DNA of 64,000 nucleotides from an uncultured Alphaproteobacteria bacterium (GTDB lineage Bacteria; Pseudomonadota; Alphaproteobacteria; CAAHEQ01; UBA3637), in contig CALXVP010000001.1 of the NCBI GenBank assembly GCA_944392125.1, forward strand, positions 218,533 through 282,532, read 5' to 3'. Shown here piece after piece: positions 11,210 to 21,600 of the stretch. Position numbers and translations under genes: made by a program. The notes beneath the pieces were generated by a model that saw only the letters and a list, made by a program, of their open reading frames with translations, was not told the origin of the DNA and did no database searches. Within the stretch, counting starts at the first letter, position 1, and each line of letters starts with the position of its first letter.

Positions 11210-11400
11210 ATTTTACATTCCTTCCGATAATTATTTTTTGAAACTTTACCCGATACAAATATAAAAAGCAACCGTTTTCCGCCGAAAAAAGTTTTTTTTC
11301 ACACAAATGCGTTTTTTTAACTTGCGAAAAATTTGTTTTTATTATACGCTGACGAATGAGAAAAATGACTTTATAAAATTTATTTAAACGGAGAGAAATC

Positions 11401-11856
11401 ATGATTCGTGAACAATTAAAAAAAGCGCTGATTGAAGCGTTAAAAAATAAAGACGAGAAAAAAACGGCTACCATTCGTTTAATTAACGCCGCCATCAAAG
11501 ATAAAGATATTGAAGCGCGCCCCAAAGGCATTACCGACGGAATTGACGATACGGCCGTTATGTCGCTCTTGCAAAGTATGGTCAAGCAACGCAAAGAAAG
11601 CATTGAGATGTATAAACAAGGCCATCGGGAAGATTTGGTTGCTTCCGAGCAAGCGGAAATTGATATCATCAATCAATTCTTACCGCAACAAATGAGTGAA
11701 GAAGAAACAAAGCAAGCCATTACCGCCGTCATTCAAGAAACGGGCGCAACTTCCATTAAAGATATGGGAAAAGTTATGGGCGGACTTAAAGCGAAATATG
11801 CCGGCAAAATGGATTTTTCAACGGCTTCGCAACTGATTAAGGCGTTGTTATCCTAA
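11401..11856 (+). CDS. GatB/YqeY domain protein
   Basis: MVKQRKESIEMY, GATSIKDMGKVMG; upstream of dnaG. Confidence 0.92.
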   Translation: MIREQLKKALIEALKNKDEKKTATIRLINAAIKDKDIEARPKGITDGIDDTAVMSLLQSMVKQRKESIEMYKQGHREDLVASEQAEIDIINQFLPQQMSEEETKQAITAVIQETGATSIKDMGKVMGGLKAKYAGKMDFSTASQLIKALLS

Positions 11857-13601
11857 TGCCGTTTCCGCCACGCTTTCTGGATGAGTTGCGCGAGCGAATT
11901 GCATTATCTCAACTCATCGGAAAGAAAGTAAAATTAACAAAACGCGGACGGGAATATATTGGTCTTTGTCCGTTTCACCATGAAAAAACGCCCTCGTTTA
12001 CCATCAATGATGATAAGGGATTTTATCATTGTTTCGGGTGCGGGGCACATGGAGATATTATCCGCTATTTAACGGACAGCGAAAGAATGCCGTTTATGGA
12101 AGCGGTTGAATATTTGGCGCGCATGGCCGGATTGCCGATGCCGAAAATCAAAGAAGAATCGCCCGAAAGGCGCCAAGAATACCAAACCGAATTGCAAATA
12201 ATGGAAGAAGCCTGCGTTTTCTTTCAAAAATGTTTGTTTTCGGAACGGGGGCGTCGAGCACGTGCTTATTTTCAAAATCGCGGTATCACGCCCGACATAG
12301 CAAAACAGTTTCGGCTCGGATATGCGCCGAGCGGATCGGCGCTTTTAGCGTATTTTACGGAAAAAGGTCTTTCGGTCCAAAAGGCAATTTCTCTCGGGTT
12401 AATTGTGGATAAAACGGATTCCCATACAAGGCACGACTACTTTTATGACCGCATTATGTTCCCGATTTTAAACAGACGCCGTCGGGTTATTGCTTTCGGC
12501 GGACGCTTATTGGAAAAAGGAGAGCCAAAGTATTTAAATTCGCCCGAAACCGCGCTGTTCCATAAAGGGGAGCAGTTATACGCGTTGCCGAATGCCGTTG
12601 ATACCATGCGCAAGAAAAATCAAGCCATTTTGGTGGAAGGCTATATGGATGTGATTGCATTACACAGTGCCGGATTTACAAATGCCGTTGCTCCGCTCGG
12701 AACGGCGTTAACGGAAAATCAAATCCGCCTGCTCTGGCAAGGGTGCGATGAACCGATTATTTGTTTTGACGGGGATATGGCCGGTCGCAAAGCAAGTATC
12801 CGCGCAATGAATCGCGCCATACCGATTTTAACGCCGGGGAAATCGTTACAATTTGTTTTTTTGCCCGAGCCGTTTGATCCGGATGATATGATTCGCAAAA
12901 AATCACCGCAAGCCTTTCAAGAAGCGTTAAACAATGCCAAAACATTGGCCTATACGCTTTGGAATACGTTGACGGACGGGCGCTCGCTTGACACACCCGA
13001 AAGACGCGCCAAACTGGAAAAAGACGCAACGGATATCATTGCCAAAATTCAAAATGAGCAAGTTCGCGCTTACTATATGAAAGATTTAAAGAAAAAGCTC
13101 TGGCAACTGGAACATCGGAAAGACGCACGGCGCAGTTCTCTCTCTTTTGGTGAAGCGCAGGGCATTTCGCGCCCTAATGCTGATTTACTGGCCGGACGAA
13201 TGTTGCTTGCTTATTTAATTTGTTTTCCGAAAGTTGTTCAAAATGTATTGGAAGACTTGGCAAATTTGGAACTCGGCGAAGCATCACTGCAACATATTTT
13301 GCAAGAAGCGACGGACTGTTTAATCAACAATCCCGATATGACTTCGGAAGAGTTAATCAACGCCGTATTGCCGGAAGGGAGCAAAACAATTCCGGAAATT
13401 GAAATGTTGCAAAAATCAAATCGGACGGAAGAAGACGTTCGAATCGAGTTAAGTAAATGGATACAAGCCCTACAATTAAAGGCGTTGCAAGCGGAACATG
13501 AAGCAAAATTACACGAATTTTCGCAAAATCCGACCGCCGAATTATGGGAAAATATCGCAAAGATAAAAAAAGAGATTGAAAATTTGTCAACCTCCGACTA
13601 A
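11856..13601 (+). CDS. dnaG: DNA primase
   Basis: CHC2 zinc finger CPFHHEKTPSF...CFGC, PKYLNSPET, TOPRIM EGYMDVIAL and FDGD. Confidence 0.97.
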   Translation: MPFPPRFLDELRERIALSQLIGKKVKLTKRGREYIGLCPFHHEKTPSFTINDDKGFYHCFGCGAHGDIIRYLTDSERMPFMEAVEYLARMAGLPMPKIKEESPERRQEYQTELQIMEEACVFFQKCLFSERGRRARAYFQNRGITPDIAKQFRLGYAPSGSALLAYFTEKGLSVQKAISLGLIVDKTDSHTRHDYFYDRIMFPILNRRRRVIAFGGRLLEKGEPKYLNSPETALFHKGEQLYALPNAVDTMRKKNQAILVEGYMDVIALHSAGFTNAVAPLGTALTENQIRLLWQGCDEPIICFDGDMAGRKASIRAMNRAIPILTPGKSLQFVFLPEPFDPDDMIRKKSPQAFQEALNNAKTLAYTLWNTLTDGRSLDTPERRAKLEKDATDIIAKIQNEQVRAYYMKDLKKKLWQLEHRKDARRSSLSFGEAQGISRPNADLLAGRMLLAYLICFPKVVQNVLEDLANLELGEASLQHILQEATDCLINNPDMTSEELINAVLPEGSKTIPEIEMLQKSNRTEEDVRIELSKWIQALQLKALQAEHEAKLHEFSQNPTAELWENIAKIKKEIENLSTSD

Positions 13602-13607
13602 AAATGA

Positions 13608-13636
13608 TTGACAACGCCTTAAAAAATACATATAAT
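13608..13636 (+). promoter_or_regulatory. Perfect-consensus sigma70 promoter of rpoD
   Basis: TTGACA-N17-TATAAT. Confidence 0.75.
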
Positions 13637-13675
13637 AGTGTCAATTTTGTTTTTGTTTTTTCTTGAAATTGGTGT

Positions 13676-15871
13676 GTGCATATGACTCTCTATTCCGAAA
13701 ATGAACATTTATCCGGCAATCGTAGCATTGCAACGGCAGATGCAAAATCTGCAATGAAAAAGTTAATTGAAAAAGGAAAAGAGCGCGGATTTATCTCCAT
13801 GAGCGAACTGCGCAAAAACATGCCGACAGAATCGCAGAATGAAGAAACATTTGAGCTGATTATGTCCTCCTTAACCGATATGGGCATCAATGTGGTAGAC
13901 GGTTCCGAAGATATTACGGATTTAACCGAGAGCTTATCCGGTAGCACGGCCTTAACGGCAACCGAAAGTGATGAGGATTCGGCAACAGAAGTTGATACAA
14001 GCAGTCGGGTAAATGATCCCGTTAGATTATATTTGCGGGAAATGGGAGCGGTTGAGCTGTTATCCCGCGACGGGGAAGTTGCGATTGCCAAACGGATCAG
14101 TGCCGGGTTTGACGTGATGATGAGCGGGTTATCCGAAAGTGCATTAACGATGAAAGCGCTTTCAAGCTGGAATCAGAAATTGCACGAAGGCACCATGTTC
14201 TTGCGTGAAATTATTGATTTGGAAACCACATTTGAATCAAATCCCGATAAAGAGGATTTGGAAAAAGCGGAAGCATTCCCCACCCCGGGCGGTATCGGAT
14301 TAGATGTATTGGAAAAAGCCAGCGAAATTTTAAGTAAACGCGTTTCCCCTGCCGAAAAAGAAAAAGAGAAAGAAAAGGAAAAAGAAAACGAAAAACAACG
14401 TCCTTTGGAAGAGGATTTTGAAGAGACGGATGAATTGAGCGATGAACAAGTCGGCTTAGATTTGCCCGATGAAGAGGCAGATGACGAAATTTCGGATGAT
14501 TCTGAAATGGATGAAATTGATACAACCATTGATGATGAAAGCGATTCTTCTGCCGACTCCGCCGACGAAGATGATGACGATGATGATGAATACAGCGAAA
14601 ACTCACTCTCTATCGGTCAAATGGAGGAAACATTATTACCGCGCATTTTAACGCTCTTCAAGGAAACGGAAGAAATCTATCAAAAATTTGAAGCCGTGCA
14701 ATGCGAGCGCATGAAATTTATTCGGGAAAATAAAGCGGTATCCAAATCGGTTGAAAAGAAATATCAAGAACTCAAAAACGAATTAACATTAAAGCTAAAA
14801 GAAATACATTTAAACCCGAACAGAATTGAGGAATTAATTGAACAAATTAACGAAGTCAACCAACGTTTAATTGTGTTGGAGGGTCGGCTTTTACGGTTGG
14901 CAATCGCCTCGCGGATTGATCGCGAAGACTTTTTGGACTTCTACCAAAACAGTGAAACGGATTCAAAATGGATACAAAAGGCAGCCAAAAAAGGGAAAGT
15001 ATGGAAAGCGTTTGTTGAAAATCATCAAGAAGAAATTGAGGAAATTCGTCAAGCCATTCGTGATATTATTGAAGAAGTCAAGATGCCGATTTCAGAATAT
15101 CGTCGGTTGGTGATGACAGTGAAAAAGGGCCGTCAAGAAACGAATAAGGCCAAACAAGAAATGATTGAAGCCAACTTGCGATTGGTGATTTCCATTTCCA
15201 AAAAATACACCAATCGGGGCTTACAATTTTTGGATTTAATTCAAGAAGGTAACATCGGTTTAATGAAAGCGGTTGATAAATTTGAATATCAACGTGGTTA
15301 TAAATTTTCAACATACGCAACGTGGTGGATTCGTCAATCCATTACACGCGCCATTGCCGACCAAGCCCGCACCATTCGTATTCCCGTTCACATGATTGAA
15401 ACAATCAATAAAATGCTGAAAACGGGCCGTCAAATGATGTTGGAAACCGGACATGAGCCGACGCCGGAAGAATTGGCTCCCAGAATTAATATGTCGGTTG
15501 AAAAAATTAAGAAAGTTTTGAAAATCGCAAAAGAACCTATTTCTTTGGAAACACCTGTCGGTGATGAAGAAGATTCGCATTTGGGTGATTTTATTGAAGA
15601 TAAAAACACCATTCAACCGTTGGAAGCCGCTATTCAAACGAATTTACGGCAATCGTGCACGGCAGTATTATCTACCCTGTCGCCACGTGAAGAACGGGTA
15701 TTAAGAATGCGTTTCGGCATCGGGATGAATTCTGATCATACATTGGAAGAAGTCGGTTTACAATTTGCCGTTACACGCGAACGGATTCGCCAAATCGAGG
15801 CGAAGGCTTTGCGTAAATTAAAACACCCGACACGCTCACGCAAATTACGCAGTTTCCTTGAAGAGAGTTAA
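13676..15871 (+). CDS. rpoD: RNA polymerase primary sigma factor
   Basis: [65 protein letters not shown]. True start may be ATG 13682. Confidence 0.98.
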   Translation: MHMTLYSENEHLSGNRSIATADAKSAMKKLIEKGKERGFISMSELRKNMPTESQNEETFELIMSSLTDMGINVVDGSEDITDLTESLSGSTALTATESDEDSATEVDTSSRVNDPVRLYLREMGAVELLSRDGEVAIAKRISAGFDVMMSGLSESALTMKALSSWNQKLHEGTMFLREIIDLETTFESNPDKEDLEKAEAFPTPGGIGLDVLEKASEILSKRVSPAEKEKEKEKEKENEKQRPLEEDFEETDELSDEQVGLDLPDEEADDEISDDSEMDEIDTTIDDESDSSADSADEDDDDDDEYSENSLSIGQMEETLLPRILTLFKETEEIYQKFEAVQCERMKFIRENKAVSKSVEKKYQELKNELTLKLKEIHLNPNRIEELIEQINEVNQRLIVLEGRLLRLAIASRIDREDFLDFYQNSETDSKWIQKAAKKGKVWKAFVENHQEEIEEIRQAIRDIIEEVKMPISEYRRLVMTVKKGRQETNKAKQEMIEANLRLVISISKKYTNRGLQFLDLIQEGNIGLMKAVDKFEYQRGYKFSTYATWWIRQSITRAIADQARTIRIPVHMIETINKMLKTGRQMMLETGHEPTPEELAPRINMSVEKIKKVLKIAKEPISLETPVGDEEDSHLGDFIEDKNTIQPLEAAIQTNLRQSCTAVLSTLSPREERVLRMRFGIGMNSDHTLEEVGLQFAVTRERIRQIEAKALRKLKHPTRSRKLRSFLEES

Positions 15872-15872
15872 T

Positions 15873-16053
15873 CACAAAGGACGTAATGTCTGTTACGTTG
15901 TTGGGAAAATCACTCAATTTCCCCAACCGGTTAGTTAAGAAACTAAAAATTTTGTGTCAAAGCGGTGCTTCCCACTTTGATAGCCATGAAACCTTGTAAA
16001 CAATATCGTTTTAACAATCACGCTCTTATGAGGGAGTTGTGAACCCTATTTTT
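15873..16053. other. Multi-hairpin structured intergenic element (candidate ncRNA or structured 3' UTR)
   Basis: About six consecutive inverted repeats between the convergent rpoD and alkD-like genes; details under findings. Confidence 0.4.
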
Positions 16054-16078
16054 TGCTGACGGCACTTCAAAAGAATGA

Positions 16079-16810
16079 TTATCCCGAGATGTCAGTGCAC
16101 TTTGTTTTCGGCTTTCGATAATGCCGAATCCGTTGCTTTGTTTCTGCCGATATCCGTTTTGACTCACCAATTTTTTGAATGGCTTTATTTTGTGTCCAGG
16201 CAGAAAGAGGATTGTCTTTTAAAAAATTTTCCGTTTCTTTCGGGTAATGAATGTAAAAAATACTCACCGCCCACGCTACCGCCATTTGCGCATAATACCC
16301 GGGATGCGATACTCGCGCAAGCAGATTCAAGCACTCCGTTAAAAAACATTCTTCCGTGTAATGAGTCAATAACATAACTACGGCGAACCGAACATAATAC
16401 TCTCTTGAATCAATTAAAAGTTCTCGCAAGAATGGCAGGAACAGAACCTTATCTTCCCGTGTCATAGACAAAGAAGCACAAAAACTATCGCATAACGACC
16501 AATTATCTATTTGATTTAAATACGAAATAAGATTATCCCGATTTCTTTGCCGAAACGGATTCATAAAAGCCGTTATAAACCCAAACACCATTTTTTCTTC
16601 AAATGTTTCTTGGGTTAACCGCGTCAAGAAAAATGCGCCCCTGCCCGAACGAACAATTTGTTTTGCCGTTTTTTTAAGTATCGGCAATCGAATACCTAAA
16701 AGCACCGTTTCTTTCGGCAATAACTTGCGGGCAAAAGAGGCATATTTTTCATCAACAAAGGGAATGAGTAATTGAGCAATCTCACGATCCATACCGCACG
16801 TTTCCGACAT
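16079..16810 (-). CDS. DNA alkylation repair protein (AlkD-like HEAT-repeat family)
   Basis: LGIRLPILK, IDNWSLCDSFC, YYAQMAVAWAVS, QNKAIQKIGES. Confidence 0.85.
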   Translation of the reverse strand: MSETCGMDREIAQLLIPFVDEKYASFARKLLPKETVLLGIRLPILKKTAKQIVRSGRGAFFLTRLTQETFEEKMVFGFITAFMNPFRQRNRDNLISYLNQIDNWSLCDSFCASLSMTREDKVLFLPFLRELLIDSREYYVRFAVVMLLTHYTEECFLTECLNLLARVSHPGYYAQMAVAWAVSIFYIHYPKETENFLKDNPLSAWTQNKAIQKIGESKRISAETKQRIRHYRKPKTKCTDISG

Positions 16811-16816
16811 CTTCAG

Positions 16817-17515
16817 TTAATTCTCACGGATATGAATCCGTTCCTGATTGAATCGCATGGCGCACATAACTGCTTTTCGATTCATTGCCCGACATATTTT
16901 CTGTGGCGTATCCATCAATTTTTCTTCCGTATCCGATGAGGGATTTTGTTTTGCATACGTTACATAATCCGTTTTTCCCAAATTTAAAATACGATCATGC
17001 GAAACGGATTCAATATGATAACCTTGCTGTCTTAAATGAAAAGGCCTCGTTGTATCAATACTATCTACATTGATTTTAACGGTAAATTTTTGAATATGCG
17101 TATCATTCATTAAGCCCTGTTCCAAAAGCCTCAACATTTCGCATTGTGCCGTATAATTATCCGCTGATGCAATTTGGCGGATTTCAACGCTGGTATCATA
17201 TTGCAGTTGTGCACTGATGATACCGACGCATTCTTGCGTCTCACGATTATAGGCAAAATATAAAACCTTTTGGCCATCTTGATGCAACGTGCGCTGTTTA
17301 TTTAACCACTCTGTGGCCTCTTGCTTTGTCCAGGTATGCGATTGCGCTTCTTGCGGGGCATGTTCAAAACATGGTTTATTCATTTCACGCATAATAAATT
17401 GCACTTGTTCCTCTTCAAGAAGGACACTTTTGCCTGCTTGCATCATTTGTTGCGAAAGCAATAATTTTGAATCTTTTTCATCTATTTTTTCGGGTAAATT
17501 TAATGTCATTCTCAA
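16817..17515 (-). CDS. Divergent RimJ/RimL-like GNAT-fold protein
   Basis: Pattern EATEWL...YFAYNRETQECVGII...VEI...LRLLE...QQGYHIE matches the RimJ/L layout, but no GxG acetyl-CoA motif is visible. Confidence 0.5.
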   Translation of the reverse strand: MRMTLNLPEKIDEKDSKLLLSQQMMQAGKSVLLEEEQVQFIMREMNKPCFEHAPQEAQSHTWTKQEATEWLNKQRTLHQDGQKVLYFAYNRETQECVGIISAQLQYDTSVEIRQIASADNYTAQCEMLRLLEQGLMNDTHIQKFTVKINVDSIDTTRPFHLRQQGYHIESVSHDRILNLGKTDYVTYAKQNPSSDTEEKLMDTPQKICRAMNRKAVMCAMRFNQERIHIREN

Positions 17516-17959
17516 ATCCTTTCAGGTAAAATGATAATCGGTTGATAAGCCGATACACGGCGCCCTGAAAGCCCCTGCATATCCGCTTTAAAGCAACTTA
17601 ACAAAACAACAAAAATAAAGAAAATAATAAAAATGGTGAACATTAAAAACTCTTGGTAATAGGTTAAAACGAAACGACAAACTAAATGTTTGTAAATCGA
17701 TAACCGTACCAATAGTTTTCAAAAAGAGTGTTCACGGAGCAAACAGCACCCATATCGCATTCATTGCGATACGTTAAAAAAGAATAAAATGGATTCATGC
17801 TGTTTCTCATAAGGGTAATTTTAGTATTCAAAAATCAAGCTGTCAAGACAAAATAAATTTTTTTTGCAAAAAAAAATATAATTACGCTTATCATAACGCA
17901 ATTATACTCATCAAAATTCAAATAGATCCGTTTAAGAGAGAGGACAAAATAACAATATT

Positions 17960-18601
17960 CTATTCGCGCGTTTTTACTCGCCCAGATTGATAAATACTCA
18001 ATAATTTCGGCGATGCAGTAGTAACTTTATAAGGCGATGTTGACTCTTTTGGTTGCTTTTGGGAATGTTGCGTCCAACTTTCTTGCCCTTTTACGCTGTC
18101 TTCGGGCAACAAAGACTCTGATTGAGGCTTCGGCATACACGTTTTTGTGGTTTCTTGCACCTCGGCAATGTTCGTTTTAGCGTCATACGGCTCTTTTCGG
18201 CTGCATTTTGTTGCATACGTCATCAAGCCGGCAAAAACACACATCAAGGAAATAACAACGGTCGCAAATTTTCGTTGTTGTTTTATTTCATTATATAACC
18301 TGCTATAACGCCGAAACGGGTGTTTTTTTGTTTTCTGAACCACATGCACTTTACCGCCTCTTCTGCTCGCAACAAAATGAACGTGTTTGGCATAAGGATA
18401 TACTTCTCCGTTCAAATTAAATAAACTTTTCGTATAATCCGCATGCGTTATCACAATATCACCATGACTTTTTCTGGTATAAAAATACGAAATACCCTCT
18501 GCAAACGTTTGACCGTTTTTTGTTTGAAAAATATACAATCCCTTTTCTGTTTTACGGATAATAAAATACTCTTTCTCTGCTTCGTTCGGCATAAAAATCA
18601 C
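17960..18601 (-). CDS. Hypothetical single-TM protein
   Basis: 213-aa ORF with GGAG RBS; one hydrophobic helix (FATVVISLMCVFAGLM) and a polar tail. Confidence 0.7.
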   Translation of the reverse strand: MIFMPNEAEKEYFIIRKTEKGLYIFQTKNGQTFAEGISYFYTRKSHGDIVITHADYTKSLFNLNGEVYPYAKHVHFVASRRGGKVHVVQKTKKHPFRRYSRLYNEIKQQRKFATVVISLMCVFAGLMTYATKCSRKEPYDAKTNIAEVQETTKTCMPKPQSESLLPEDSVKGQESWTQHSQKQPKESTSPYKVTTASPKLLSIYQSGRVKTRE

Positions 18602-18643
18602 TCCACCGCTTTATTATGAAATATTCGTCATAAGATTTCAAAA

Positions 18644-21600
18644 CTATTCTGCTCTGCTAATCGTTCCTCTTAAAGCAGATCCGGTCGGTGGTAAATCACG
18701 TGGCATAACAGATAAATCATCGGCAGGCTCAATCACTTCGGGTTGTCCAACAGACTCTTGAATATCAGACTCACTCTCTACGCCGAGATCATTATTTGCC
18801 CGTGAAATTTTACTTCTGATTCGTTGCGATGAATCACGCACAGCGCCTCTGAAAATTTGCCATTTTTTCATATTCTCATCATCGGGAGACGTTGTATTTA
18901 AGCCGTTATTCGAGGATACATCGGATTCGGCTTCTTTTGAAACTTGCTTTTCTTCAACGATATCGTCCGCATCCGAATTTGCTATTTTTTCAAAAATCTC
19001 CAACCCGGTATTTTCCGGAACGGTTAAGGATAACGGTTGAATCGGTTTGACCTTTGAATCAATATCAAAGCGCAACACATATTGGTATCCCTTAACCACC
19101 TTCACATAAGCATCACGTGCTTTGCGCATCTGCGCATAATGATCTTCATCCGTTTCATTCGGATTTGCTTCATCTGATAATTTTTGTAAAATGCCGACAT
19201 ATTCCGCCGTGGCCGGTGCTAATTTTTGCACAATTTCAATATCGGGATAAGCATCTCGTATGCGAATAATTTCCGATTGCATTTGTTGTGCACTATCGTT
19301 AAACGCATGAAGTTTCTTTCTATCTTCAAAAAACTTATCATTCGTTGCTTCTGCCACAGCCTCTTCCGCTTTCATAATCGCCAATCTAGATTGTTCCGTC
19401 AACTGAATATACTCGGCATCCGTCAATGTTTCTTTAACCGACATATTATTGACAACCGATAATGCATCTTGCGCATTTCTATATAAATACAAGGCCTTTT
19501 GATTATCCCCGGTTGTCACTTTTATACCTGCTTGTCTGACGGCTTCTCGGGCCGATAAAATGGCCTCACGAATTTTATCTTCCCGTTCACTGCGGGCAAT
19601 TTTCATTTCTTTTTCTTTTTCCGTTTGTTTCTTTTCGGCCAGTTGCTCGCTCTCGGCTTTAACAATATCGGCAACGGAAGAAGATAAATCCACATTGTTT
19701 GTTTGATAAGCCAAAGCATCGCTCTTGCCTCGCACCGTTAACGCAAACGGCGGTAAATCAGCGTATGCTGACAGTGTAATCGGCACCAGTATATCAAACG
19801 AATCTTTCGCAATATCCCACTGTATCTGCATCGGATCCGAAACAAATCCTTCGCCGTTTAAAACAGTGTTCATTGCTTTAAACTGCCCGTTTTCAATCGT
19901 GAAGGCACCTTCAATCTTCCGAATAGCCGTTTTGCCGGAATTTAAAATACGATTCATTTCTTTATCAAATGTTTCTTTCGGCACATGATTATCAATGGTT
20001 CGTTTAATAAGCGGTAATACTTTATCTATGCTCGTTCCGACCCAGACACCGTTTTCAAATGTCAGTTTCCCGTTTCCTTTTAAATTTGCCAACATCTCAG
20101 CCGGCGATTTACCGTTGCTCTCCAAGCGCGCCTGATACCGTGCCGTTCCTTCGCCATACGACATTTTCTTCGTTGATAACAAATGCGGGGATACTTCCGA
20201 ATTAAATCCGTTAAAGTCTAATGTCAGCGTCGGCGTATTTCCCCATCCGAATACACCCGATGCCTTGAACGGGGCATTTGCCGTTCCGTAAGTTCCCGAC
20301 AACTCCTTTAAAGTAACCGTTTTTTCCTGTCCGGAAACTGACCACTCCAAAACGGCATTCTTTAATTCATAGCCACTATACAATAATTGAGCGGTAGAAA
20401 TTTTAATGTGATGGTCCAGTCCGTCAAACACTTTTAAATCAAACGGCTTCTGCGCATTTATGCCTCTTAGTTTTATATTTTTCAAATCATTCCAAATATA
20501 TTTGTTCACATTGAATGACGGCGATTCAATATTCATTATCAGTTGCGCCTGTTTCCCGGGCTTGTAGGTGCCGTTTACACTCATCTGGTTTGGACCGATT
20601 TTAATTTGCCCATCCGAAAATGCCACATTGTCCAGCGACCCGTTTAACACCATTTTAACCAGAAAATCACCATCCATTGATGTGTTAACCCCTTTGATAT
20701 CAAATATCTCACGCGAAAAACGCCGAAAATCCGGATAGGAAAGAGAAACTTGCAAATTATTATAGATGGTTCCGTCATCGGTTGTTTTTAACTTACCGTC
20801 CAACGTCAACCCCAAATCGCCCGTTGTATTATTCATAGCGATTGTCCATTCATCTCCCTGTTCGGATAATGTTAATTCCGTTTTAAAATCTTTTAAATCT
20901 TTGAGGGCTTCTGCATTAGCCGTTAAACCGATTTTATCCATAAACAAATCTAATTGCGGTGTTCCGAAATTCATTTTCAACGTCGGAATAGATACAAGTT
21001 TGGTATTTAATCCGTTAAAATTCACCGAACCTGATAATGAAGCATTTGCGAGGTTTTGAATATCCGCCTTTGTTATCTTTAACATATTATCCGCTACTTC
21101 ACCGGTTAAAGTGATTTTTTCAATCGGAGCCCCAAAGAAGACAACGTTATTACCTGCCAAATCAAATGTGCCGATAAAATCTTTTAAAAACGCTAACTGC
21201 GAAATATAATTTTTGGCATAATCAATCAACGCAAAAACATCTACTTTTTGTTTTGGTTTTTGATAGCCTGCATAGTCATCTATATTAACGTTTTGCGCAG
21301 AAAGTTTAGTGCGAATTGTTGGCAACGGATTTGTTTTTTCATACACCACGCTACCGGAGAGTTTTGTTTTATCCAAAGAAAATTCTTGGATTTCCAAATT
21401 AAATCCGTCCGAATAAATGGTTGTATTTCCCTTAAAAACAGCACTTTGAGCCAGCACTTTCGGAAAATCCGCCGTTTGTGCGACCATTGCCAACAGCTCA
21501 CTGAGCCGTGCCGATTTTCCGGCCAACATTAAAACGAGCCCGACTTTATCATTCTGCGCAAGAGAACCGCCCTCAAAATTCAATACAGTTTCACCTGCGG

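Noticed and set aside
14353-14395. GAAAAA-type repeats in rpoD (EKEKEKEKE) and adjacent poly-Asp/Glu
   Set aside because: In-frame low complexity within the variable acidic non-conserved region of sigma70.
17512-17712. 66-aa hydrophobic ORF upstream of the GNAT-like gene
   Set aside because: Weak start and RBS; hydrophobicity is explained by T-rich DNA. Cannot be supported.
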